The notes beneath the pieces were generated by a model, which was not told the origin of the DNA, did not search any database, and saw only the letters and a program-made list of their open reading frames with translations. A program made the position numbers and the translations under genes. DNA of 64,000 nucleotides. Source: Candidatus Bathyarchaeum tardum. Lineage in GTDB: Archaea > Thermoproteota > Bathyarchaeia > Bathyarchaeales > Bathyarchaeaceae. Position 1 is the first letter of the stretch, and every line of letters begins with the position of its first letter. The stretch is taken from the NCBI GenBank assembly GCA_024650005.2, contig CP122380.1:704001-768000 (forward strand), in the 5' to 3' direction. This document shows positions 38,041 to 47,920 of this stretch, one piece after another.

Positions 38041-40179
38041 TTAGGAAATTTGGATTTGGGTAATTTGTTCCAAACTTTCCAGATTGTTTATTTTTACTAG
38101 TTGGTCTGAGATTGTATAAAGTGCGTCTTCAATGTAGATTATTCTGTGTATGTATGCGTTTTGTTCGTATTCGTTGTTGCTGGGGTGTGTGATGTCACCT
38201 TTCAGGATGAATCCATTTTCTAATGATATGTCAAAGATGTATGCACCTTGGTAGTAAGAACTTTGTATTGCTATGGCTTCTCGTTCTTCAATAGCTTCTG
38301 CTTCTTTTCTTATTTCTTCATCGCCAACCATTGATCCGTTAGTTTCCTTGGGTATATCGTCTGTGTTGAGGTCTCTGTCAATTAGTCGTTCAGTGTATGT
38401 GCTTACTGTAACTGGAAGTGCTAGCAGATTTTTGGATTTATCAAACAAGAATGCTTTATGGTCCCATAATGCATTGGAGCTAGACCAGCTGCCTTCTACT
38501 GTGTATTTTGCGATTTCTTTTGGTGCAGTAAAGTCTGTAACGTCAAAAAGTGAAAGTTTCAGTGTGCTGTTTTCCATGCCTACTCCGATTATGTGGGTTT
38601 CATCGTAAGGGTGAAGATAACTAGAGTAGCCAGGTATTTTCAAGTATCCCAGAATTGTTGGTTGTGTTGGGGTAGATGTGTCGATTACAAAGAATGGATC
38701 GACTTGTTTGAAGGTTACCATGTAAACTTTGTCGCCCATGAACCTTACTGAGTAAATGCTTTCGTCTGGAGCAATGTTTTCCAGTTTTCCAGCAAGGTTT
38801 AGGTTCATGTCTAAAACGAACAAGTTGTTTGTGGATTCGCTGGTGAATGTTTCTTGGGTCCAACTGTTTGTCCATTCTGTTGTAGCTATGCGGAAGTATC
38901 CGTTGTGTTCGTCCATGCTAAATTGGTTAAGGACAAAACCTGTAACTGAGCCTTCTGCTTCAACAGCTATGTTTTGTTTGTCTAATTTGACTCTGTATAT
39001 CAATGTTTCTTGTTTTGGTTGTTCATCACTGCTCATTAGTAGCCAATTAGTGGTGTCTGGTGCAACCAAGTACATGTTGTCTAATGAAACATACATGTTA
39101 GTGGTTGAGCTTGTCAAAAATGCCTCATAAGTTGGTTCGGCAGCGTCGTTTTGGGTGTCTATTGCGATAATTGTTGTTATGTAATACATTTCGTCTGCAA
39201 CGTCGATGTAATGAATTTCGCTAGCGTCTACCTTGATAACATCATCACCTGCGATTACTGGCAAAACGATATCAAAGCCTTTTTCATTGTCGTAGTTGGG
39301 TGGGGTAGCAAATTCATTGTTAACAATGTAAACGTAATCCCCAATCATGCGTGATCCTGACAAAGTTCCATTCAAAGTAACGGTTCTAGCCAAAACTGGG
39401 TTTTGCCTGTTTGAAACATCGTAGACTTTGATGTTTGTTGTGGGCGGTTCATACCTAATGATTGGTATGAAGGGTTCAACTGGTTTAATGGCATCATCGA
39501 TTTGTTGTTCAGGTTCTTTAGATGGTGTAGTTTGATTTGAGGGTTCTGTAGCGTTAGTTGATTCTGCGTCTTTTGGTTTTACTTCAATTACGTCTTGATT
39601 TTCCAGAATTGCTGGTGAATCAATTCCGTAATATGGGAATACGTTGTATTCTGTTTCAAAGATCACAAGTTTGTTTTCGTTGATGAATACTCCAGTGATA
39701 TAACCTTCTACTGTAATCTTTGAGACAACTTTTGCTTCTTGAGGTGGATATGCTTTAAAGATTGTTAAGGTGTTGCCTGAAACGATGTAAATGTATTCGC
39801 CGTCAGTTTTTACGGTGTCTGCTTCGTCTACGCCTTGAACTTGGATGTTAGTCCCAGAATAATCGGACAATTCTCCAGCACTGTTTGCTATGGTGGCTTC
39901 CATTGGTGCTTGAGTTGCTGCGTCTTGTGCTCCTAAGCTTTCTGTCCTTGAATTTTTTAGAGTGTTAAGGGCATAGCTATTTTGATTCACTGTTTCCATG
40001 TTCGTGGTGATAAAATTTTCAAGTTCTTCAAAGCTTGAAAAAGTTTTAAGTTCAGAAAACAGTGGCTGCGTTGGACTAAACAGGGTACCAAAATTGTATA
40101 TGGACCCGGCCAGTATCGTAACTAAGAGAACCGCTGCAATTCCGTAAGTGATTGTTTTTTTCTTGATTTCTCTTTGCAT
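38041..40179 (-). CDS. Secreted beta-propeller domain protein (Beta_propel type)
   Basis: YSGTNIQVQGVDEADTVKTDG, LNQFSMDE, YSVRFMG, VDPFFVID, LKIPGYSSYLHP. Confidence 0.88.
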   Translation of the reverse strand: MQREIKKKTITYGIAAVLLVTILAGSIYNFGTLFSPTQPLFSELKTFSSFEELENFITTNMETVNQNSYALNTLKNSRTESLGAQDAATQAPMEATIANSAGELSDYSGTNIQVQGVDEADTVKTDGEYIYIVSGNTLTIFKAYPPQEAKVVSKITVEGYITGVFINENKLVIFETEYNVFPYYGIDSPAILENQDVIEVKPKDAESTNATEPSNQTTPSKEPEQQIDDAIKPVEPFIPIIRYEPPTTNIKVYDVSNRQNPVLARTVTLNGTLSGSRMIGDYVYIVNNEFATPPNYDNEKGFDIVLPVIAGDDVIKVDASEIHYIDVADEMYYITTIIAIDTQNDAAEPTYEAFLTSSTTNMYVSLDNMYLVAPDTTNWLLMSSDEQPKQETLIYRVKLDKQNIAVEAEGSVTGFVLNQFSMDEHNGYFRIATTEWTNSWTQETFTSESTNNLFVLDMNLNLAGKLENIAPDESIYSVRFMGDKVYMVTFKQVDPFFVIDTSTPTQPTILGYLKIPGYSSYLHPYDETHIIGVGMENSTLKLSLFDVTDFTAPKEIAKYTVEGSWSSSNALWDHKAFLFDKSKNLLALPVTVSTYTERLIDRDLNTDDIPKETNGSMVGDEEIRKEAEAIEEREAIAIQSSYYQGAYIFDISLENGFILKGDITHPSNNEYEQNAYIHRIIYIEDALYTISDQLVKINNLESLEQITQIQIS

Positions 40180-40263
40180 CTTTTATCACTACTAGTAACT
40201 GTTATTTTTGCTTATTTTATCCCAAGCGTTAGAACATTCTGTTCCAGAAGTTAGAACAAACAT

Positions 40264-40710
40264 CTAAAATGGTTTCAGTCGCCAAAACCGGAAAGCCTCA
40301 TACCAAAATATCAATGAAACTATGGCACCAAAGAATATTATGAACAAACTTTCTCTGGTTAAAGCTTCGACAAAAAGTGTGAGATAACTCATATAAAATA
40401 CAGAAGAGAACAAGGCATAAAAAAAGTATCTTGGAAACATCATTCGACCAAATTTTACAAAGTGCCGAAGAACACCAATTTTTACTTCGCCAACAAGAGC
40501 GTAGTTGCCTCCAATTTCTTGTCTTTCAACTAAACCAATCTGAATTAATTGTTCAAGATGATGATTTGCGACACTTGGGCTGCTGAACCGAAGGGCATTT
40601 GCAACGTCTCGAACACTCATGGGCTGACCATTTTTCAACAAAAGCCAATAAACATTCCATGCTTTTCCTCGTAATTTATAATCAAGCTCAGATTCTTCAT
40701 GTGTGTTCAA
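40264..40710 (-). CDS. Membrane-tethered wHTH regulator
   Basis: SVRDVANALRFSSPSVANHHLEQL HTH followed by two TM helices. Confidence 0.8.
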   Translation of the reverse strand: MNTHEESELDYKLRGKAWNVYWLLLKNGQPMSVRDVANALRFSSPSVANHHLEQLIQIGLVERQEIGGNYALVGEVKIGVLRHFVKFGRMMFPRYFFYALFSSVFYMSYLTLFVEALTRESLFIIFFGAIVSLIFWYEAFRFWRLKPF

Positions 40711-40965
40711 GTAATATCCCTCTCCAATGGTGTCAATTAGAAATGACCAAATGCTATCATTATCTTTAATGTTACAACGATTGAATTAGAATTTAAGTCC
40801 ACGTTTTAGAACACGCCATTTTTTCGTTTCTTGAAGAATCTGTACGTTAAAAGTACCTTTTTGGCATTAACCAAAAATAATTGGAAAAATAAATTATTGA
40901 TTTAAAACTAAAAAATGAAGCAGCAAAAAAATGCTGCTGACTTTGTAAGTTTAGCGGATGAGAGG

Positions 40966-41622
40966 CTATTCTTTAATTTTCATAAAAAAGCGTTCTTGTG
41001 CTTGTTCTCTTGTGAATTCGGGAATCGATATTGGCTTTTTGAATAGGGGTCCATCAATCACCATGGTGTGGTATTCACCGTTTTCTCCGCAGGGGTCCAT
41101 GCCTGTTTCTTTGACTAGGACTAACAAGTCTTTGACAGTGTGTCGGTTTAGTTCTTTACCAATCCATTCTTTTGTGAAAAATGGTTGCTTTACACATGTG
41201 AATACTGCTCTGAATCCTGATGACATCTCGTCATCCAAAACTTCGAAGGTGTCTTGTTCCCATAGGGGTACTATTACTTTGATGTCCAGTCCTTCAGTTA
41301 CGTCTTCCATCCAGTTTCCGTGAGTTTCGTCGACAACATAGATATCTCCTGTGACTATGCCTTCGATTCCTTGGGTTTTAATTAGTTCAGCAATGGCGTT
41401 GTGGTATCCTTCTTTGAAAGGTTCATCAACATTAACCAACAGATGAGGAATTCCGATTGATTCTGTTTGACGTTTCATTATCTTCGGAGGATGACCCATA
41501 GCAGGCCAATATTTACCCAAAACAAAGGTAACCAAACAGATAACATCGTGTCCTTCTTCTATAACTTTATGAAGCGCCAGTGATGATTCGAGACCGCCAC
41601 TCCATGAAACAGCAACTTTCAT
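40966..41622 (-). CDS. Diphthine-ammonia ligase (Dph6)-like PP-loop protein
   Basis: SWSGGLES, VTGDI, PLW, DPCGENGEYHTMVIDGPLF. Confidence 0.85.
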   Translation of the reverse strand: MKVAVSWSGGLESSLALHKVIEEGHDVICLVTFVLGKYWPAMGHPPKIMKRQTESIGIPHLLVNVDEPFKEGYHNAIAELIKTQGIEGIVTGDIYVVDETHGNWMEDVTEGLDIKVIVPLWEQDTFEVLDDEMSSGFRAVFTCVKQPFFTKEWIGKELNRHTVKDLLVLVKETGMDPCGENGEYHTMVIDGPLFKKPISIPEFTREQAQERFFMKIKE

Positions 41623-41643
41623 TCTTGCATTACTTCCTGTCTT

Positions 41644-42630
41644 CTAAACTGGATATTTTCCACAGATTTTGCAAAAGTCAGTAGTTTTATCAATGTATCC
41701 TTTACAATTTGGACACTGTTTTCCACTTTTATCATTGTAAACTTCAGATGGTATTCCAAACTTTTCTCTGAAAACTTCATAGTACACTAGTTGTTCTTTA
41801 GTGTCCAAGTTGACTCCATCTTCTTCGAGGTACTTTTTCTTTTTTGTTTCAAATTCTTCGGTTGAAACTTTTTCGTCAAAATATTGTGGAAGAACCTGTG
41901 TTCCTGTTCCTTGTTCACAGGGGGCTTTTCCTCGCCAAACTACTTCGTTCGGAATTATGTCTTCGTATGATTTGCGCATAAGCCATTTCCCGAATTTTTC
42001 TCCGTCTTTAATGTTGACTTTAAGTTTAATTGGGACTTTTTCTGCAAATTCCCGAAAGGCTGGATCTAAGTATGGCTGTTTTACTTCAACTCCAACAGCC
42101 TTGCCTAAGGGTAAGGCAGAAAATCGCATCATAGCCCACATGTCAGATAATGCTTTTGCAAAATCAGCGTCAGACAAATGGAACTGCCAAGGATAACCAA
42201 ATAACTCATCAAGGGCATCACCAGTGAAGACGCTTTTTATTCCATTTTCTTTCAAGGCAATCAAGCCAATGTATACAGGCACGCTGTTTCTAACTTCCAT
42301 ATGGTCAAAGGTTTTTAGAATTTCTACAACTTTTGCTGCACCGGCAACCATTTCGTCGTGACCAAACACCAGTAATCCATGATTGAGTTTAAGAAAGTCA
42401 ACCATTTTTTCTACATATTCTTTGTCTTTGGGGATTCCGTGCTTAAACTCAAGGGTTAATGCTTTGAGCTTTGGATTGGATTTTACTGCCTCATATGCAA
42501 TTATGCTTGTGTCTGTGCCTGCTGAAAACAGGATACCTTCTGCCATGTTTTGTTCAACAACTTTATTTACTAAAGCTCTGACTTCTGGCAAAAGATCAAT
42601 GTAATCAGATTCTTGAAGTTTTTCTGTCAT
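41644..42630 (-). CDS. Asparagine synthase C-terminal-domain protein with zinc ribbon
   Basis: LFSAGTDTS, TGDALDELFGY, PYLD, GKWLMR; CPNC..CKICG; no glutaminase domain. Confidence 0.8.
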   Translation of the reverse strand: MTEKLQESDYIDLLPEVRALVNKVVEQNMAEGILFSAGTDTSIIAYEAVKSNPKLKALTLEFKHGIPKDKEYVEKMVDFLKLNHGLLVFGHDEMVAGAAKVVEILKTFDHMEVRNSVPVYIGLIALKENGIKSVFTGDALDELFGYPWQFHLSDADFAKALSDMWAMMRFSALPLGKAVGVEVKQPYLDPAFREFAEKVPIKLKVNIKDGEKFGKWLMRKSYEDIIPNEVVWRGKAPCEQGTGTQVLPQYFDEKVSTEEFETKKKKYLEEDGVNLDTKEQLVYYEVFREKFGIPSEVYNDKSGKQCPNCKGYIDKTTDFCKICGKYPV

Positions 42631-42832
42631 TTTACTAAATCTCCAATATCATAAACTTTGGATGGATTATTCAACCAACTGGTATGATATTGTAAATTCA
42701 TATATAAAAATTTCTAGACAATTGAACGAACGTTCTAATTATTTATAAACTATTGAACAATAATTTATTTTTTTGAGTTTTTGTTAGTAAAACATCACTT
42801 ATTGTGCAATATACTAAAAAGCCAATTGAACG

Positions 42833-43390
42833 TTAATGTCTCTTCAGTTTTTCTCTATATTTTTTTCTTAGCTTGGCAATCTTTGGTGCAATAACAACTT
42901 TACAGTATCCGGCGTCTGGATGTTGGGCAAAATATTTGCTATGATATTCTTCTGCTTTGTAGAATTTTTTGAAAGGCACAACTTGGCTTACAATGGGGTT
43001 GTCCCAAACTTTTGATGCTTCAAACTCTTCAATAACTCGTTTAGATATTTCTTTTTGTTTTTCAGTATGATACAAAATAACTGAACGATACTGTGTACCT
43101 ACATCTGCTCCTTGTCGGTTCAATGTTGTGGGATCATGGGCAGTGAAAAAAATTTCCAGAATCTCCTTAAATGATATTGTAGCTGGATCAAAAGTAACTT
43201 GAACCACTTCGGCGTGTCCCGTGGTTCCTGAGCAGACTTGTTCATAGTTTGGAGCTTGTGTGGTTCCTCCCGAATATCCTGATTCAACCTTTACTACCCC
43301 CCTTATTTCTTCGAAGGCCGCTTCTAGGCACCAAAAACATCCCCCTCCTAGGGTTGCAACTTGCATATTGTTAACATGGTCGTTTTTCAT
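42833..43390 (-). CDS. msrA: Peptide-methionine (S)-S-oxide reductase
   Basis: GGGCFWCLE, GHAEVV, RQGADVGTQYRS, AEEYH. Confidence 0.96.
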   Translation of the reverse strand: MKNDHVNNMQVATLGGGCFWCLEAAFEEIRGVVKVESGYSGGTTQAPNYEQVCSGTTGHAEVVQVTFDPATISFKEILEIFFTAHDPTTLNRQGADVGTQYRSVILYHTEKQKEISKRVIEEFEASKVWDNPIVSQVVPFKKFYKAEEYHSKYFAQHPDAGYCKVVIAPKIAKLRKKYREKLKRH

Positions 43391-43490
43391 TTCAATTATT
43401 TCTATGTGTCCACGGGCGGTTAAGTTTTCTTGTTAAACTTAAAGAATATAAGACTTGATTGCCTGAAAAGAAATCAGACGGTGAACCTTA

Positions 43491-44207
43491 TTGAAACTCT
43501 TAGTTAGTGTTGTAAACAAAACCGAAGCCGAAGACAGCATCAAAGGCGGAGCAGACATAATCGACGTTAAAAACCCTAAAGAAGGTTCACTTGGCGCCAA
43601 TTTTCCGAACGTAATTTGTGAAGTAAAGGGGGTAATGCCCAAAAATCTTGAATTAAGTGCAACTATAGGCGATTTGCCTAATTTGCCTGGAACTGCTTCT
43701 CTTGCTGCTTTGGGGGCTGCTGTTTCGGGAGCAGATTATGTTAAAGCCGGACTTTTTGGCGTAAAAACTGTTGAAGAAGCAACCACTTTGATGATTGAAG
43801 TAGTTAGAGCAGTGAAAGAATACAACTCTGACTTAAAGGTAATTGCTTCTGGATATGCAGACTTTGAAAATGTTGGATGCGTAAGCCCATTGAAACTTCC
43901 TGAAGTTGCCCATAAATCAGGGGCTGATGGTGCACTTATTGACGTTAAAGTAAAAGATGGGAAAAGTAACTTGTTCACTTTTCTAGATGATTCTCAACTC
44001 GCCACGTTTGTTACTCAAGCTCATAATTACAGTATATTGGCGGCACTTGCTGGTTCTTTGGTTCCTCAAGACATTTCACGAGTAAATCGTTTGGGGGCAG
44101 ACATAATCGGAGTCAGGGGTGCAGTTTGTACAAAAAAAGATCGCGTATCAGGTAAACTTGAACAAGAAAAAGTAGCAGACTTCGTTTTTGCTCTTAGTAA
44201 GTTGTAA
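43491..44207 (+). CDS. mfnB: (5-formylfuran-3-yl)methyl phosphate synthase
   Basis: LLVSV, GADIIDVKNPKEGSLGANFP, SATIGD, ALAGSL, DIIGVRGAVC. Confidence 0.92.
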   Translation: MKLLVSVVNKTEAEDSIKGGADIIDVKNPKEGSLGANFPNVICEVKGVMPKNLELSATIGDLPNLPGTASLAALGAAVSGADYVKAGLFGVKTVEEATTLMIEVVRAVKEYNSDLKVIASGYADFENVGCVSPLKLPEVAHKSGADGALIDVKVKDGKSNLFTFLDDSQLATFVTQAHNYSILAALAGSLVPQDISRVNRLGADIIGVRGAVCTKKDRVSGKLEQEKVADFVFALSKL

Positions 44208-44859
44208 TTTGAGTGCAAACCGTTTTCTTGTTTTCTAAAATATGTTTAATTCTTTCAGGATGGTTTCCATTAACTACGTAACATTTCATTTTTATTTGCT
44301 GGAGCATTTTTGGTAATGTTTTGTCAACGCTTGTTCGTTTATTCCAACTCTGCAACTCTTTAGCAGTTAACGTTTCAAAGAGCTTGCTTTTCCTTGTTTT
44401 TGGGGCTTCTAAAAAGATTCCATCCACGTCAGTTACTAAAACTAATTTTTCAGCTTGCAGCTCTCCAGCAACGTAAGCTGCTATTGAATCCGAAGTCACG
44501 TCCCACGAATTCTCCAATGGATCTTCATGAAACATGATCTGTGATGGCAAAAAAATCGGTATTTTTCCTTTTGATATCATGTTAACATCTTTTAGGTCAG
44601 AAGTAACGTAAGACTCTGAAATGGTATCTGACAAAAGCAGTCCATATTGATCCATTGCAAGTATAGCCATTTTATGAGTTACCTCGTTTGACAGTCTGTA
44701 TGTTTTGTTAATTTTTCTTACGGTATCAGCGAATTCTGCACCACCTGGAACAATGACCATTTTATGAACTTTAGCGAAATCACTTAATCGATGACACAAC
44801 TCTGTTAGGTTAGCAGGATTTTCAGAGAGGCTTCCTCCAATCTTTAAGACTGCTACCAC
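44194..44859 (-). CDS. mfnE: Amino-acid-kinase-fold enzyme, MfnE type
   Basis: KIGGSL, PGGAEFADTVR, HKMAILAMDQYG, SWDVTSDSIAA, TDVDG; mfn context. Confidence 0.8.
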   Translation of the reverse strand: MVAVLKIGGSLSENPANLTELCHRLSDFAKVHKMVIVPGGAEFADTVRKINKTYRLSNEVTHKMAILAMDQYGLLLSDTISESYVTSDLKDVNMISKGKIPIFLPSQIMFHEDPLENSWDVTSDSIAAYVAGELQAEKLVLVTDVDGIFLEAPKTRKSKLFETLTAKELQSWNKRTSVDKTLPKMLQQIKMKCYVVNGNHPERIKHILENKKTVCTQITTY

Positions 44860-45929
44860 GTTACATTTTTTCCCTCCAATCTAGTTGCAACCATAAGTGC
44901 CACCCCAACTGATGGTGAAGCAATTGAAGCATCAGCCCCCAAAATTTCATTCATGTCAATAATGTCCGTAAAGCCAAGATTTTCTGCAGCTTTTTTTGCC
45001 AAAAAGTTTCTTCCCATCCCCGTTACTACAATTTTTGTTTCCTCTTTAGATAACTTAGTTCTGTCATAAACCTGTGCCAATCCGTCAGCGATTTGTTTAA
45101 CCTGTTTTTCATAAACAAACTTTGCCATGCCCATAATTTCCTCTTCAGATAGCATGTTTGTATCTGCAGATACAACCCGCGCTAATCTAGCCATGGCTTC
45201 TTTTTTGGTTTTTCCTCTGTCATCACAAGTTTGCACTGTATACTCTGATTCTGATATGTTACCTAATATCCGATGCACATCCCCTGATTGGGCAAAAAGC
45301 TCTGAAGAAACCGGTGTTATTTTTTCTTTTACTGGAATAACGTTAACTATTGTTGCAACATTTGTCCGCAAAGACCCTGAATACACAAGTTCTCCGTTCT
45401 GGAGCTTTTCTAAATCTGTTTTACCCTTAGCAGCTACCTTTCCATTAATAACTGGAATAATGCTTGTTGTGGTGCTTCCCACATCAGTAACTATTCCGTT
45501 TTTAATTAGCTTTGAAATAAGCCAACCAGTTGCTGCCCAGTTGGCAGATGAAACTTTAAGGTAATTTTTCAAGGCATCTTTAACTGTTAGCAGATTAGTT
45601 TCAACGTCAAGAACAAAAATTGGGAATGCACCAAAAACTTTGGTTACCGAACCTAGAACGTGGTTGATTCCTTCTTTTTTTGTCTGGTATGCATCAGAAA
45701 GCTCTGCAGTTATTGTAACTCCAACGCCATCCAGTACGACAGAGTTTACCAACTTTTTATTCAGTTGATTTAAAAGTTCTGAAAGCTGCTTTCTCTCATT
45801 TTTCCATACCGGAAAATACTCTAATATTGTTTTCAGTTCGATTACTTTGCCTTCTTGGGTTTTCAGAAATGTCACCTTTGTGTTGGCACCCCCAATATCT
45901 AAACCAAGAATGTTTACCATGTTAATCAC
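44853..45929 (-). CDS. mfnF: Hydantoinase-A-like methanofuran biosynthesis protein
   Basis: GLDIGGANTK, TAELSD, ANWAATG, DVGSTTT, GELVYSG..RT, RLARVV.AD. Confidence 0.88.
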   Translation of the reverse strand: MINMVNILGLDIGGANTKVTFLKTQEGKVIELKTILEYFPVWKNERKQLSELLNQLNKKLVNSVVLDGVGVTITAELSDAYQTKKEGINHVLGSVTKVFGAFPIFVLDVETNLLTVKDALKNYLKVSSANWAATGWLISKLIKNGIVTDVGSTTTSIIPVINGKVAAKGKTDLEKLQNGELVYSGSLRTNVATIVNVIPVKEKITPVSSELFAQSGDVHRILGNISESEYTVQTCDDRGKTKKEAMARLARVVSADTNMLSEEEIMGMAKFVYEKQVKQIADGLAQVYDRTKLSKEETKIVVTGMGRNFLAKKAAENLGFTDIIDMNEILGADASIASPSVGVALMVATRLEGKNVTW

Positions 45930-47145
45930 CTTTGTAATTGCTTAACAATCGTTTTTTCGTTTTGTAAAATGACGATTGAGCACCCTTACTAGTGTTTGAG
46001 CAAGTAACAACAAAGGTGTATGCTAATTTGTTTTCTTCAACCAGAAACGGAGGTGAAACAATTTCTTTCAGGTTATACGTTTCTGTGGTCTTCTGAGAAC
46101 TTGAAGGTAGTTCGATTTTCGAAAAAAACGTGTAACCTTTTGTTTGCACATTTTTTGGTAATCTTTTATCGACTACTGCATCAATTATTGCCTGTGCAGC
46201 ATTGAAGTTCACGACTTTTCTTAACCCAACATACGATACAGTAAGGCGAGGGTTAACTTCTATCACGATAGGTCCCTTGTTTGTTAATACCATGTCTACT
46301 CCCACATAACCCTTTAATCCGCCTAAAGTTTCAACTGCATTTTTTGCTGTAGTTAATGCTTCATGTTCTAAAGGATGTTTGAAAGGAATTGCTCCACCAT
46401 AGTATGATGAATCTTCATCGGGGGTCGTCAAAGTAACAAACTGTTGATTCAAAGTTACCGCTACTGCATTTTTTCCATCAGAAAATACACTTACACTTGC
46501 AGCTTTTCCTTTGACACGTTTTTGAACAATAAACTGTTTATTTGTGGTTTCTTGTCTGACTTTTTCTAATGCTTTTGGAATATTTTTTTCTGTTTTAACA
46601 ATGCTTAATCCAGCGCAACTAACTCCATCAAGAGCCTTAAAGATCAGAGGATAACCCAACTTTTTGATTTTGCTCTTAATGCTGCTGGGGTCGTTAGTAG
46701 TGTTTACCACAATTGTTTCAGGAACTTGTAATCCACAATTCTTCAAGGTTTCATAAGTTGTCATCTTGTTTGAAACCCGTTTTATTGCTTCAGATGAGCA
46801 ATTAAGTGATGTTCCACCCGCTTCTTCTACTGTTTTAACAATGGTTTCTAAAACTTGGTCTGATTCAGGGGCAATTACATAAACGCCGTCAACTGAACTG
46901 GAAAGCTCTCTTGCTTTCTTGTAGAAATCTTCACGAGAAGACAATGAAATTATTTTATCTGCTTTGTTAGGTAGATTAAATGCTGCTAGCCTGCTGTCTA
47001 GAAATATTGTAACGTTATGTCCTGCTGCTTTGCAGTCGCTGATTAGGCTTCGTAGCATGCTGTATCCTTCACTGAGGATGCTGCTTGAGATGGTTTGATC
47101 TGAATATCCTCCGCCAGAAATCCATTCAACTATCAAAAGGTTCAA
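45922..47145 (-). CDS. mfnD: ATP-grasp tyramine-L-glutamate ligase type
   Basis: EGYSML..L..D, IAPESD, GYVGVD, IEVNPRLT. Confidence 0.82.
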   Translation of the reverse strand: MNLLIVEWISGGGYSDQTISSSILSEGYSMLRSLISDCKAAGHNVTIFLDSRLAAFNLPNKADKIISLSSREDFYKKARELSSSVDGVYVIAPESDQVLETIVKTVEEAGGTSLNCSSEAIKRVSNKMTTYETLKNCGLQVPETIVVNTTNDPSSIKSKIKKLGYPLIFKALDGVSCAGLSIVKTEKNIPKALEKVRQETTNKQFIVQKRVKGKAASVSVFSDGKNAVAVTLNQQFVTLTTPDEDSSYYGGAIPFKHPLEHEALTTAKNAVETLGGLKGYVGVDMVLTNKGPIVIEVNPRLTVSYVGLRKVVNFNAAQAIIDAVVDKRLPKNVQTKGYTFFSKIELPSSSQKTTETYNLKEIVSPPFLVEENKLAYTFVVTCSNTSKGAQSSFYKTKKRLLSNYKGD

Positions 47146-47185
47146 ACTATGCCCTCACTGTCTGTTTGTATTAACGTGGCTCGTA

Positions 47186-47917
47186 ATGAAAATTATTCCT
47201 GTAATTGACGTTTTAAATGGTGTTGCAGTCCATGGCATACGTGGACAAAGGAAACAATATCAGCCATTAAAAAGCTGTCTTTGTAATTCCACAGATCCTT
47301 TTGAAATTGCTGCATGCTTCGAATCGTTGGGGTTCACTACCCTATACTTAGCGGATTTGGATGCAATATTAACTAACTCGATTAATTTGAACGTGATAGA
47401 GCAGATTGTTTCAACAACAAATCTTGACTTGATGGTTGATGCAGGGACATCAGACCTAAATCGTGCTGAAGAGATATTTGGTGCAAAAGTTTCAAAGCTT
47501 GTAGTTGGCTCAGAAACTTTGAAAAACTTAGATTTTGTGCACCAAGCAATCAGCACTTTTGGCGAAAATAAGCTAATAGTCAGTGTAGACCAAAAAGAAG
47601 GAAAACTATTAAGCAAATCCAAAGAGATCTCGTCTTTGGATGTTTTTTCTTTTGTAAAAAAACTTGAGGGCATAGGCATAACCCAAATTATTTCTTTGGA
47701 TTTAGGTCGAGTAGGAACTGAATATGGAACTGATTTGAGCCTTATCCAAAAAATTATTGAAAAAACTGAACTTGAGTTGCTTGTGGGTGGAGGAATAAGC
47801 AGTCTCACTGAATTAGAAGAATTAAGAAACATCGGAGTTTTTGGAGCATTAGTTGCTACTGTGCTGCATAATGAAGGAATTTCAGTTGATGACCTAAAAA
47901 CTTCAGGCTTTTTGTAA
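47186..47917 (+). CDS. HisA/HisF-related TIM barrel protein (Orf17-like of C1 clusters)
   Basis: IIPVIDVLNGVAVHG..G.R..YQP, LYLADLDAI, LDLGRVGT, VGGGI. Confidence 0.85.
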   Translation: MKIIPVIDVLNGVAVHGIRGQRKQYQPLKSCLCNSTDPFEIAACFESLGFTTLYLADLDAILTNSINLNVIEQIVSTTNLDLMVDAGTSDLNRAEEIFGAKVSKLVVGSETLKNLDFVHQAISTFGENKLIVSVDQKEGKLLSKSKEISSLDVFSFVKKLEGIGITQIISLDLGRVGTEYGTDLSLIQKIIEKTELELLVGGGISSLTELEELRNIGVFGALVATVLHNEGISVDDLKTSGFL

Positions 47918-47920
47918 TTT

